Shown here piece after piece: positions 32,642 to 41,816 of a stretch of 64,000 bases of DNA. Origin of the DNA: Paludibacteraceae bacterium (GTDB lineage: Bacteria; Bacteroidota; Bacteroidia; Bacteroidales; Paludibacteraceae). A program made the translations under genes and the position numbers. The notes under the pieces were generated by a model, which worked only from the letters and a program-made list of their open reading frames with translations, searched no databases and was not told where the DNA came from. The first letter of the stretch is position 1, and each line of letters opens with the position of its first letter. The stretch is from contig CAJOIR010000005.1 of the NCBI GenBank assembly GCA_905234685.1, forward strand, positions 1,794 through 65,793, read 5' to 3'.

Positions 32642-34963
32642 TCAGTGTGCCAATAGCCAGTTCTCTCCGCTGCCGCAATCTGCTATCAGTGGCACTGAGA
32701 GTTTTGTAACGTTCTGCATCTCTTCCACTACTATTTTCTTTGCTTTCTCCACTTCTGCTTCTGGCACATTGAAGCAGAGTTCGTCGTGTATCTGCATTGT
32801 CATTTGTGTATGCATTTGCTCATTCTTCATACGTTGCCAGATGTGCACCATCGCCATCTTGATTATGTCTGCTGCTGTGCCTTGGATAGGGGCATTGACA
32901 GCATTACGCTCTGCAAAGTTTCTTATTGTTGCGTTTCTCGAGTTGATGTCTTGCAGGTAACGGCGTCTGCCGAACAAGGTCTCCACATACCCGTGCTCGC
33001 GTGCAAACTGCTTCTGGTGCTCAATGAACTCTGCCACCTTGGGGAATGAAGCGAAATAGCCGTCAATAAGGTCTTTCGCTTCTAAACGCGATGACCCTAA
33101 TTGCTGACTCAGTCCGAAAGCGGAGATGCCGTATATGATACCGAAGTTGGCAGTCTTTGCACGTCGACGCATATCCTTTGTCACCTCTGATATCGGGCAT
33201 GAAAATATCTTCGCTGCTGTAGCCGCATGAATATCCTGACCTTCGCGGAATGCCTGAATCAAGTGCTCGTCTTGCGAGAAATGTGCCATCAGACGGAGTT
33301 CTATCTGCGAGTAGTCGGCAGAGAGAAATACACACCCTGGGTCTGGTATGACCGCTTGTCTGATTAACTTGCCGCGCTCTGAGCGTATAGGCAGATTCTG
33401 AAGGTTAGGATTGGAGCACGACAGTCGTCCTGTGGCTGTAACTGTCTGATGATATGTGGCATGTATCTTGCCTGTCTGCGGGTTGATATATGTAGGCAGA
33501 GGAGCGATATATGTGGATATGAGCTTTTTCAACTCGCGGTAATCAAGAATCTTCTGCACCACAGGGTGACGTTCTGTGAGCTCTTGAAGCACTTCTTCTG
33601 ATGTGACATACTGACCCGACTTGGTCTTTTTCGCCTTACTGTCGAGTCTGAGGGTGTCGAAAAGCAGTTCTCCCACTTGGCGTGGAGAGTTCACGTTGAA
33701 TTGTGTACCTGCGAGTGCAAGTATCTCCTGCTCAAGAGCGTTGAGTTCATCAGTCAGTTGCACTTCTGCCTTCTTCAGTATGTCAACGTCAATGCGAACA
33801 CCTGCCTGCATCATGTCATCAAGCACTTTCATCAAAGGCAACTCTACATTTTGATACAGACTGTACAGTCGCTCATTCTGCTTCAGCAGGTCTATACGCG
33901 GAGGCTGATACGGGTTGAACGAGAGTTCCGGATTAAGCAGATATGCTATGATGCGGTTCTCTGGTGTGTCGTATGTAGTCGCGGAATTAGTCTGCTGTGT
34001 GATAGTGGCATTGTTGCTGTCTGCAAACAAGTCAAGTTGTGCACCTGCTTCTGTTGGTTGTGTCGTGCTTGTTGTCTGTTCCGAGGCTGTAAACAGATTG
34101 TTGTCGTTGTTTATGTTTCGTAGCAGACTACGGAACTCGAGACTCCGGTATATCTTGGCGAGTGATACATTGTCAGGTTGCTGCTTCTGCAGTGCTGTTT
34201 CGTTGAAGTCTATTGGCACATCAGTGCGAATAGTGGCAAGAAAACGCGAGAAACGTATGTCATCAACCTGTGTCTCCACCTTGGCGCGCAATGCGCCTTT
34301 CAGTTGGTCTGTGTTATTCAGCAGGTTGTCTATACTGCCGAAGTCCTGCAACAACTTCACTGCTGTCTTCTCTCCTACACCCTTGCAACCTGGTATATTG
34401 TCAGAGGCGTCACCCATAAGTGCAAGAAGGTCGATAACCTGCTCTGTGCTTTGAAGACCATACTTGGCGCATACCTCTTTCGGACCCAACTCTTCGAAAC
34501 CTCCAGAGTGGCGTGGTCTGTACATGTGTACACGTTCAGTGACCAGTTGGCCGTAGTCTTTGTCTGGTGTTGCCATCAATACGCTGAATCCTGCTTCTGC
34601 CGCCTTGCCTGCCAGTGTTCCTATCACGTCATCTGCCTCGAACCCCGCTACCTCAAGCACATCTATATTCATCGCCTTCAGTATCTCTTTTATTACAGGT
34701 ACAGCGGCATGAATGTCTTCAGGCGTAGCCTGACGCTGTGCCTTGTACTGCTCGTATGCCTCATGTCGGAATGTCTTGCCTTTCGGGTCGAAAGCAACAC
34801 CTATATGGGTGGGCGAAGTCTTCTTCAGCAGGTCGTCCAGCGTAAGCATGAAGCCGTATATGGCAGACGTGTTCCTGCCGTCAGAGGTAATGCGAGGGTG
34901 CTGCATGAATGCATAGTACGCGCGGTATATCATCGCGTAGGCGTCTATAAGAAGCAGTTTCAT
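32642..34963 (-). CDS. polA: DNA polymerase I, short form apparently lacking the 3'-5' exonuclease domain
   Basis: The 5' nuclease domain is present (LLLIDAYAMIYRAYYA, FDPKGKTFRHE, GDASDNIPGCKGVGEKTA). So are the polymerase motifs A (LSADYSQIELRLMAH), B (RRRAKTANFGIIYG) and C (MQIHDEL). Only ~80 aa of low-complexity linker separates the two parts. Total length is 773 aa. Confidence 0.92.
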   Translation of the reverse strand: MKLLLIDAYAMIYRAYYAFMQHPRITSDGRNTSAIYGFMLTLDDLLKKTSPTHIGVAFDPKGKTFRHEAYEQYKAQRQATPEDIHAAVPVIKEILKAMNIDVLEVAGFEADDVIGTLAGKAAEAGFSVLMATPDKDYGQLVTERVHMYRPRHSGGFEELGPKEVCAKYGLQSTEQVIDLLALMGDASDNIPGCKGVGEKTAVKLLQDFGSIDNLLNNTDQLKGALRAKVETQVDDIRFSRFLATIRTDVPIDFNETALQKQQPDNVSLAKIYRSLEFRSLLRNINNDNNLFTASEQTTSTTQPTEAGAQLDLFADSNNATITQQTNSATTYDTPENRIIAYLLNPELSFNPYQPPRIDLLKQNERLYSLYQNVELPLMKVLDDMMQAGVRIDVDILKKAEVQLTDELNALEQEILALAGTQFNVNSPRQVGELLFDTLRLDSKAKKTKSGQYVTSEEVLQELTERHPVVQKILDYRELKKLISTYIAPLPTYINPQTGKIHATYHQTVTATGRLSCSNPNLQNLPIRSERGKLIRQAVIPDPGCVFLSADYSQIELRLMAHFSQDEHLIQAFREGQDIHAATAAKIFSCPISEVTKDMRRRAKTANFGIIYGISAFGLSQQLGSSRLEAKDLIDGYFASFPKVAEFIEHQKQFAREHGYVETLFGRRRYLQDINSRNATIRNFAERNAVNAPIQGTAADIIKMAMVHIWQRMKNEQMHTQMTMQIHDELCFNVPEAEVEKAKKIVVEEMQNVTKLSVPLIADCGSGENWLLAH

Positions 34964-34972
34964 ATCGTTTTC

Positions 34973-35992
34973 TCACTTAAAGTATTCCTTGAATGTGCTT
35001 TCGAAGAGTTCAACGGCTTTCGCTACGCTCTCGTAGTTCTCTCCTCCTGCTGCGTTCTTGTGACCTCCGCCGTTGAAGAACTTTGCCGCATACTCATTCA
35101 CAGGTCTCTCACCCTGACTGCGGAAACTAATCTTTATTTTGTCTTTGTCTTCGCGCATGAAGACGCTGTAATACACGTCTTTTATCTGTAGTGGCAGGTT
35201 GACAAGACCTTCGGCATCGCCCGATGTGAAGTTGAATCGGTACAACTCACGGCGGTCAAGAGCGATAAGAGCGGTATGATGCTCCAGATACAACTTCATC
35301 TTTTTGTATAGACAGTAACCCATCAAACGCATGCGGTCGGCGGAGTACGTGTTGAAAACCTTGTCGTATATTGCGTCTTTGTCAACGCCGATGCGTACAA
35401 GCTCCGCTATTATAGAGTAGGTGTCAACATGGTTACTGTTGAAAGAGAAGTTACCCGTGTCTGTCATCATACCCGTGTAGATACACTCCGCTACGGGCAG
35501 AGTGATGCACTCAGCATGACCCTGACTGCATATATAACGGAATACCAACTCCGCCGTCGAAGGACTGTCAGGATATGACATCACTACATCAGGAAATGAA
35601 GCGTAACTAAGATGGTGGTCTATCATTATCTTCTTTGCGGTGGCGTTGTCTAAAACATCGGCCATTTTGCCTATACGCTTCTGCTCGTTGAAGTCAAGAC
35701 ATAGTATAAGATCTGCATTCGCCATGATAGTCTTACACTCTTCTTCATGGTTCTCATAGATGATGATTTCATCCGATGCCGGCAACCATGACAGAAAGTC
35801 GGGAAAACTGTTAGGTACGATAACTGCAACCGTCTGTTTGCCTATGTTATGCAGATAGTGATAGAATGCAAGAGCGGAGCCTAACGCATCACCGTCAGGA
35901 GACATATGAGTCACTATTGCTATAGCATTTGACTTATCAAGCAACTTACGCGCTGACTGAAGTTGGGACTTTTGTATCTTTTCTGTAATCAT
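34973..35992 (-). CDS. nrnA: DHH-family phosphoesterase (NrnA-type oligoribonuclease/pAp phosphatase)
   Basis: Carries DHH motifs HMSPDGDALGS, DFN and IDHH, plus the DHHA1 motif GGGHKNAAG. Confidence 0.85.
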   Translation of the reverse strand: MITEKIQKSQLQSARKLLDKSNAIAIVTHMSPDGDALGSALAFYHYLHNIGKQTVAVIVPNSFPDFLSWLPASDEIIIYENHEEECKTIMANADLILCLDFNEQKRIGKMADVLDNATAKKIMIDHHLSYASFPDVVMSYPDSPSTAELVFRYICSQGHAECITLPVAECIYTGMMTDTGNFSFNSNHVDTYSIIAELVRIGVDKDAIYDKVFNTYSADRMRLMGYCLYKKMKLYLEHHTALIALDRRELYRFNFTSGDAEGLVNLPLQIKDVYYSVFMREDKDKIKISFRSQGERPVNEYAAKFFNGGGHKNAAGGENYESVAKAVELFESTFKEYFK

Positions 35993-35996
35993 GCCG

Positions 35997-36004
35997 CAAA
36001 GTTA
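35997..36004 (-). promoter_or_regulatory. Candidate -7 box (TAACTTTG on the minus strand) immediately upstream of nrnA
   Basis: The plus strand reads CAAAGTTA, ending 5 nt from the ATG at 35992. This implies a leaderless or near-leaderless mRNA if functional. Confidence 0.35.
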
Positions 36005-36044
36005 CAAAATAATACTGAAAGCAGCAAGATAAAGTAGCAGAAAA

Positions 36045-36674
36045 TCACCAGAGTTCATATGCGACCGCAGGGGCGAATGTGAGCAGTAGTCCGAGTAGGA
36101 AACCGCAGACGGTCTGCATAGGTGTATGCGCCTTGAGGAATATGCGCGCATACATAAGGAGCAATGCTACGAAAAGCAATGTCGGTAACAACCACAGGTT
36201 GAATGAACCTGTATACCATGAGTAGCCTGCCACAGCACCACACAATGCTCCCATACAACTCAGGTGCGCGGATATTTTCCACCATCGGTTGATAACAGTT
36301 ACAATGACAAGCGCAAGAGTAGCACCTGAAACCATTAGAGTGACCACAGCAGGCATCTTCATAACACGCCACAGGAACAGACACCACGCGATGGTGGCGG
36401 CAATGCTGTAGATGTATGGCACAAGCCGTAAATCCTTGTTATCTATGTATGCATCACGGAGCTGTCCCTGCCTAATCATAAGCAGAATGACAGAGAACGG
36501 AATGATGCACGTCAGTAGCAATGTGCCACCCAGAAGCAGCCAGATGTATGCAGAGGATAGGGCGGCGCCTTTGTATGACACAGCAGCAACCAGCAAGAGC
36601 ATGGCGTATACCGGCATGAGCATAGGATAAAGGAGTATGCTCAGCGAGTTGGATATGAAAGTAAGTGTTTTCAT
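36045..36674 (-). CDS. Integral membrane protein, degenerate PAP2-like phosphatase
   Basis: Six hydrophobic helices. KISAHLSCMG and ARIFLKAHTPMQTVCG resemble PAP2 motifs 2 and 3 (weak). The start is set at MKTLTFISN (ATG 36674). The track start at 36731 lies inside an 11-nt tandem repeat and upstream of a -7 box. Confidence 0.6.
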   Translation of the reverse strand: MKTLTFISNSLSILLYPMLMPVYAMLLLVAAVSYKGAALSSAYIWLLLGGTLLLTCIIPFSVILLMIRQGQLRDAYIDNKDLRLVPYIYSIAATIAWCLFLWRVMKMPAVVTLMVSGATLALVIVTVINRWWKISAHLSCMGALCGAVAGYSWYTGSFNLWLLPTLLFVALLLMYARIFLKAHTPMQTVCGFLLGLLLTFAPAVAYELW

Positions 36675-36683
36675 ACACGGGTG

Positions 36684-36691
36684 CAAAAGTA
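36684..36691 (-). promoter_or_regulatory. Candidate -7 box (TACTTTTG on the minus strand)
   Basis: The plus strand reads CAAAAGTA, 10 nt upstream of the ATG at 36674. Confidence 0.35.
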
Positions 36692-36717
36692 GAGCGAAGG
36701 TGGCTCGGAAGTAGCAC

Positions 36718-36761
36718 CATGTTCCGTTCATGTTCCGTTCATGTTCCGTTCATGCTGCGTT
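36718..36761. repeat. Four tandem copies of an 11-nt unit (catgttccgtt), the last degenerate
   Basis: The sequence is catgttccgtt catgttccgtt catgttccgtt catgctgcgtt. Confidence 0.9.
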
Positions 36762-36784
36762 GATATGATATCGGAACAAGGGTG

Positions 36785-38248
36785 TCATATACGTTTTCTC
36801 AGGCGGGCGACAGGTATGCCGAACTGCTTGCGATATTTAGCAATAGTGCGCCGTGCTATAGGAAATCCCTTCTGCTTGAGTATGTCAGCCAGTTCGTCAT
36901 CGTTGAAAGGAGACTGAGGGTTCTCGTTGCTTATGATTTCCTGTAGTGCGTTCTTTATAGCCCTTGTAGCCACCTCTTCTCCCTCGTCATTAGTCATACT
37001 TTCGGAGAAGAAGTAACGCAACGGATAGATGCCGTATGGAGTCTGTGCATATTTGGAATTGCTTACGCGGGAGATGGTGCTGACATCGTAGCCTGTGCGG
37101 TCAGCGACGTCTTTGAGTATCATAGGCTTGATGAGCGCCTCATCTCCCTCAAGGAAATATTCGCGCTGGATAGCAACTATGGTGCGCATAGTTCGCAGGA
37201 GTGTCTCGTTGCGCTGACGTATAGCATCGATAAACCAGCGTGCCGAATCGATGCGGTCTTTGATGAAGGCGATGGTATCCTTCTCCTGCTTAGTGTGGGT
37301 AGGTTGAGCCTGATACGCTTGCAGTATGTCGTTGAACTCGCGGTTGACGCGCAACTCCGGAATGTTGCCGTTGTTGAGAGCAATGCTTATGTTGCCTTCT
37401 TCAACTTCTATGATGAAGTCAGGAATGACGGCTGTGGCGGCATATACATCAGCTGAATAGGTATTACCGGGTTTGGGGTTGAGTTTCTGTATCTCGGTTA
37501 TTGCCTCACGCAGTTGTTCCTCAGTGATGGAGAAACGCTCAAGAATCTTTTGATAGTGGTGTGCGGCAAACTCCTTATACCGCTTCTCAAGAATGTCTTG
37601 CGCAAGAGTGACTGACGGTGTCTGCTGCTTTCTGCGCAACTGCAGCAAGAGACATTCCTGCAAGTCGCGTGCGCAGACTCCCGGAGGTTCGAAGGTGTTC
37701 TGAATAAGTTGAATTATCCGTATCATCTCCTCATCGGAGACGTTGATATTCGCCCTAAAGACGAGATCATCGACAAGTTGTTCAGGTTCGCGGCGGAGAT
37801 AACCATCCTCATCGATGTTTCCAATGACATATTGTGCTATCTTCTGCTGCTCACTATCAATTTTGAGAAGTCCCAACTGACTGAGCATCTGCTCTTGAAA
37901 AGATTGTCCTACAGAGAAAGGAATGTCTTCCTGCTTGTCATCCGGCGAAGTGTTGTTGGTGCGCATACGGTAGTCAGGCACATCGTCATCGTCGGAGATA
38001 TAGTCGTTTAGGTCGAAGTCGTCGTTCTGCAAGGCATTCTCCTGCTCCGAGTAGTCATCCTCATCGTTCTGCACCGTCTCGTCTGCTCCAGCCTCAAGAC
38101 CCGGATTCTCTTCTATCTCACGTTCGATGCGCTGTTCAAGCTCGAGAGTGGGATATTCGAGTATTCGGATTTCCTGTATCTGAAGCGGCGTGAGAGTGGT
38201 TTTCTGCTTCAGAATGGTTTCTTGTGTGAGTAGGTTCTTTTCTGCCAT
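36785..38248 (-). CDS. rpoN: RNA polymerase sigma-54 factor
   Basis: It has a Gln/acidic-rich N-terminus and a core-binding region. The C-terminal RpoN box is ARRTIAKYR, and the ~490 aa length fits. Confidence 0.93.
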   Translation of the reverse strand: MAEKNLLTQETILKQKTTLTPLQIQEIRILEYPTLELEQRIEREIEENPGLEAGADETVQNDEDDYSEQENALQNDDFDLNDYISDDDDVPDYRMRTNNTSPDDKQEDIPFSVGQSFQEQMLSQLGLLKIDSEQQKIAQYVIGNIDEDGYLRREPEQLVDDLVFRANINVSDEEMIRIIQLIQNTFEPPGVCARDLQECLLLQLRRKQQTPSVTLAQDILEKRYKEFAAHHYQKILERFSITEEQLREAITEIQKLNPKPGNTYSADVYAATAVIPDFIIEVEEGNISIALNNGNIPELRVNREFNDILQAYQAQPTHTKQEKDTIAFIKDRIDSARWFIDAIRQRNETLLRTMRTIVAIQREYFLEGDEALIKPMILKDVADRTGYDVSTISRVSNSKYAQTPYGIYPLRYFFSESMTNDEGEEVATRAIKNALQEIISNENPQSPFNDDELADILKQKGFPIARRTIAKYRKQFGIPVARLRKRI

Positions 38249-38272
38249 AGAGTGTATGAAGTGGTAGCGAGG

Positions 38273-39400
38273 TTAAGATGTTAAGAGGTTAAGGGTGCGT
38301 ATGATGTATTGCTGTTGTTCGTCAGTAAGACACGTGTGCATCGGCAGCGAGAGGACACATGAAGCGAGATGCTCCGACACAGGGAAACAGCCTTTTTGAG
38401 AACGTTCGCTCTGATATGCCTTCTGCATGTGCAGAGGTACGGGATAATAAACCATAGAGGGAATACCTGCTTCTGCCAAACGCTCTTTCAGCATGTCACG
38501 CTTTATGTCTTTCAGTTGCAAGGTGTACTGGTGGAACACGTGAGTGGAGTAGGGCGCTCTCGCAGGTATAAGGAGATGCGGGTTGTCTCTAAGACCTTCA
38601 TCATAGACAGCCGCCGCCTCCTGTCTGAGCACAGTGTATCGATCGAGATGCCTTAGCTTCACATCAAGTACCGCAGCCTGAAGACTGTCAAGACGTGAGT
38701 TGACGCCTACAAGGTCGTGGTGATAACGTACCGTCATGCCATGATTTGCGATAGACTGCATACGTGCTGCCAGTTCATCATCATCGGTAAATATAGCGCC
38801 TCCGTCACCATAACAACCGAGGTTCTTTGATGGGAAGAAAGAGGTGCAACCTATTTGACCTATAGTGCCTGCTTTCAAACTCTTACCATTGCTGAACCTG
38901 TATTCTGCACCAATAGCCTGACACGCATCTTCTACAACGAACAGATTGTTCTCGCGTGCAATCTGCATGACAGGTTCCATGTCGGCACATTGTCCAAACA
39001 AATGCACGGGTACGATAGCTTTAGTCCGAGGTGTGATAGCACGACGTAGAGCGTCAATGCTTATGTTCATAGTGCTACTGTCAACATCCACGAGTACCGG
39101 CGTAAGACCAAGCAACGCCACAACTTCTGCTGTCGCAATGAAAGTGAAGTCTGGTGTTATGACCTCGTCACCATGTTTAAGTCCAAGCGCCATGAGTGCT
39201 ATCTGCAGTGCATCGGTACCATTGCCTGTGGGTATGACATGTCTGACGCCCAACCATTCAGCCAAGTGACGAGCAAAATCTGTCACCTGCCTTCCTTTGA
39301 CAAAAGCACCGCTGTCAAGTACTTCTTGCATGGCAACGTCCAGTTCGCTCTTTATCTCAAGATACTGCGTCTGCAGGTCACACATTTGAATGGCTTTCAT
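38273..39400 (-). CDS. DegT/DnrJ/EryC1/StrS-family PLP-dependent aminotransferase
   Basis: Family-typical segments GNGTDALQIAL, VPVHLFGQ.ADM and FFPSKNLG.YGDGG. The last 7 codons and the stop are built from the GGTTAAGAGG word repeat. Confidence 0.85.
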   Translation of the reverse strand: MKAIQMCDLQTQYLEIKSELDVAMQEVLDSGAFVKGRQVTDFARHLAEWLGVRHVIPTGNGTDALQIALMALGLKHGDEVITPDFTFIATAEVVALLGLTPVLVDVDSSTMNISIDALRRAITPRTKAIVPVHLFGQCADMEPVMQIARENNLFVVEDACQAIGAEYRFSNGKSLKAGTIGQIGCTSFFPSKNLGCYGDGGAIFTDDDELAARMQSIANHGMTVRYHHDLVGVNSRLDSLQAAVLDVKLRHLDRYTVLRQEAAAVYDEGLRDNPHLLIPARAPYSTHVFHQYTLQLKDIKRDMLKERLAEAGIPSMVYYPVPLHMQKAYQSERSQKGCFPVSEHLASCVLSLPMHTCLTDEQQQYIIRTLNLLTS

Positions 39401-40371
39401 CGCTTCTCTATAATATATTCCACTTCTGCAGGATTGACTCTAGCCTGAATTATGTTGCTATTGTTGTAGTGCAATGCGACAGGCAATGTCGCTGTCGCCT
39501 CACGAGGATATTGGCATACTGCCTCTATACTGCTCTCGCTTACTTCATTAAAATGAGAGAGTGCTATGCGTATAGTGGCTTCTGCCGTAGATGGGAAGAT
39601 GCGCAGTTTTTCTCCTTCTGGTACACCTTTGGTATGAATCTTAAGAGTAAATGTCTTTTCCGTGAACTGCTCCGCGACTACCATCAGTGAAACAGAGTCA
39701 ACAGACAGACGAATGCCTTCCGGAGTCTGCAATGCCACTTGTCTAAGAAGGGTATCTCTGATATCAGTCTCGTTGACACTCTCAGTAAACACTTGCTTTA
39801 CAGAGTCAAGAACCGCTTCCTTTCCATAGATGGTGACAGAGGCCGGAGTAGCAACTGCTTCACCGGCAAACATATATTGTGTTGCAGGTGTGAGCGTACC
39901 TGTTACGGTCACCGGTACCGTCTTTTTGGAGAGGGTATAATAGTCAGAGGCAATAACTTCAGGCTGTACTTTCTGAATTTTAGCAGTACCTTGCAGTTGA
40001 TCAGCAATCTTGCTGCGCACATGATCAGCGGTGATGTGTATATGACCCTCCTTGTGAAGCAATTGCTGAGAGAGGTCGATCTCTATTGGAGCGAATGACT
40101 CCTCTCGGTATTTCTGCAGACGTTTACCCTGGTCGCGAATTGTAAGGCGGAAAGCATCAGGCAAGTTCTGTTCGAAAGCTATATTGTCAGCCACACCGGT
40201 ATACACAATACTTATACTGAGTGTGCGTTCGCGAACAGCATTCATGGCATGACCATACCAGAGTATTGCTGCGAATATAATAAACAGACCGAAAGTAAGC
40301 AGGTTTCTGTCGCGCAGAAACCCCTTAAACTCTGCCCAGATACGTCGTAATATGTCTTTGAAGCGGCTCAA
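39397..40371 (-). CDS. YbbR-like domain-containing membrane protein
   Basis: N-terminal TM helix followed by repeated beta-rich modules. Its position after nusB-yajC is conserved in Bacteroidetes as I recall. The start is uncertain. The track start at 40458 is TTG and overlaps yajC by 68 nt. I chose the TTG at 40371, just downstream of the yajC stop. There is no in-frame ATG before the TM helix. Confidence 0.55.
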   Translation of the reverse strand: MSRFKDILRRIWAEFKGFLRDRNLLTFGLFIIFAAILWYGHAMNAVRERTLSISIVYTGVADNIAFEQNLPDAFRLTIRDQGKRLQKYREESFAPIEIDLSQQLLHKEGHIHITADHVRSKIADQLQGTAKIQKVQPEVIASDYYTLSKKTVPVTVTGTLTPATQYMFAGEAVATPASVTIYGKEAVLDSVKQVFTESVNETDIRDTLLRQVALQTPEGIRLSVDSVSLMVVAEQFTEKTFTLKIHTKGVPEGEKLRIFPSTAEATIRIALSHFNEVSESSIEAVCQYPREATATLPVALHYNNSNIIQARVNPAEVEYIIEKR

Positions 40372-40390
40372 TATGAATAAAGACAAAGGG

Positions 40391-40741
40391 TTACTTCTTA
40401 GGTTCGGCTTCCTTCTTGGGTTCGGGTTCTTCAACTGGAGTGACAGAAGACTTGTCAACCTTGATAGTCACATCTTTAGCTATAGTGATGATGAAGGCAT
40501 TCTCCTGAATGTCTTTTACTTCACCATATATACCACCTGCGGTAATCACTTTGTCACCTTTCTTTATTGCATCTCGCTTCTGCTGCAACTCCTTCTGTTT
40601 CTTGGTTTGCGGACGAATCATAAAGAAGTAGAACACAACAAAGATGGCAATCATCATTACCCAGAATGACCAGTTGCTGGCACCTGTATTTTGTGCCGCA
40701 TCTGCTGCCGGAGCAGCTTGTAAAAGAATGTAGTTAAGCAT
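40391..40741 (-). CDS. yajC: Preprotein translocase subunit YajC
   Basis: Single TM helix, then RPQTKKQKELQQKRDAIKKGDKVITAGGIYGEV, the YajC signature. Confidence 0.9.
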   Translation of the reverse strand: MLNYILLQAAPAADAAQNTGASNWSFWVMMIAIFVVFYFFMIRPQTKKQKELQQKRDAIKKGDKVITAGGIYGEVKDIQENAFIITIAKDVTIKVDKSSVTPVEEPEPKKEAEPKK

Positions 40742-40759
40742 AATTTATAATTTGTGAGG

Positions 40760-41710
40760 TTATTGTTTCAATGTCTTCAGAATGTTTCCTTTGGCTACCT
40801 GCTCTTTCACTATCTCGTCCAGAATGCCATTTATGAACTGCGGACTATTGTCAGTGGAGTACTCACGAGCGATGTCAAGATACTCGTTGATAGTGATTTG
40901 AACTGCTATTTCTGGGAAACAGAACAATTCTGCGAGTGCTGTTTTGAGAATAATCATATCCATGAAAGCTATTCTGTCAGCATCCCAGTTCTTGAGTTTC
41001 TCCTCAATCAGTGCCGCATATTCGTCGCTGTGGTCAATAGCAAATTTGAGCAGTCGTTGTGCGAACTGCAACTCCTCCTCGCTGTCGAACATCTCAAGCA
41101 AAGGCTGGTCAGCACCATTGTCCTCTTGGAAACGCTTTATAGTCTTGACGATATAAGACATCACAACATCCATGTCCGACATCCAGCAACTACCGTCAAG
41201 CGCCACTTCAAGTTCTTCAAGTGCAGTCTCAAGGTTCTCGTTGTCCGGCAGGAGGAAAGTGAACAATTTGCGCCACAGAGTCTTATCTGCATTGTAGGAA
41301 GACTCTGCAGACGACATGTATTCTTTGTAAATATCAGATTCAACGAGTTGCTTGTAGAGCAGACCGATAGACTCGTGTGCAGTATCCCATCCGAGTTTGT
41401 GTTCTTCCAGTTGCCTGCGCAGTCGTCGATTGGTAAACAGTTGTGCTGCAAAGCGGTTGTTCACGAAACGTGGGTTGGGGTTGTAGTCAACATGCATTGC
41501 CTGTGCTTTCTCAACACCCTCGTCTATCTTTGTCTGAGCATAGGATGTAAGCTCGTTTACCAAGTCAAGAAGGAGATAATAAAGATTGTACGTGTCAGAA
41601 AATGAGCGAAGCAACTCTTTTTCTGCAGTGTGTATGGTTTTGTCTGCGTTCTGAAAGAACGAGAAAAGAGTCAGAATGACTTTAGTCCTTACAATAGTCC
41701 TATTTATCAT
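40760..41710 (-). CDS. nusB: Transcription antitermination factor NusB (long Bacteroidetes form)
   Basis: The C-terminal NusB core is ILKTALAELFCFPEIAVQITINEYLDIAREYSTDNSPQFINGILDEI. The start is set at MINRTIVRTKV (ATG 41710). Confidence 0.85.
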   Translation of the reverse strand: MINRTIVRTKVILTLFSFFQNADKTIHTAEKELLRSFSDTYNLYYLLLDLVNELTSYAQTKIDEGVEKAQAMHVDYNPNPRFVNNRFAAQLFTNRRLRRQLEEHKLGWDTAHESIGLLYKQLVESDIYKEYMSSAESSYNADKTLWRKLFTFLLPDNENLETALEELEVALDGSCWMSDMDVVMSYIVKTIKRFQEDNGADQPLLEMFDSEEELQFAQRLLKFAIDHSDEYAALIEEKLKNWDADRIAFMDMIILKTALAELFCFPEIAVQITINEYLDIAREYSTDNSPQFINGILDEIVKEQVAKGNILKTLKQ

Positions 41711-41816
41711 AGTATTACATGTTTGTCTAAACAATACTGATGCACCACTATGCACCTCTATGAAATATGCTGCAAAGATAAGTAATTGTTTTCAATTCGA
41801 CAAACATTATCATACA

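Noticed and set aside
36675-36731. N-terminal extensions proposed by the ORF track. These are 36675-36731, 29180-29230, 46519-46644, 41711-41755, 59387-59485, 46876-46896, 8676-8678 and 10257-10262.
   Set aside because: The extensions either start at non-ATG codons, run through tandem repeats, a tRNA gene or a -7 promoter box, or precede an obvious signal peptide or conserved N-terminus that begins at an internal ATG.
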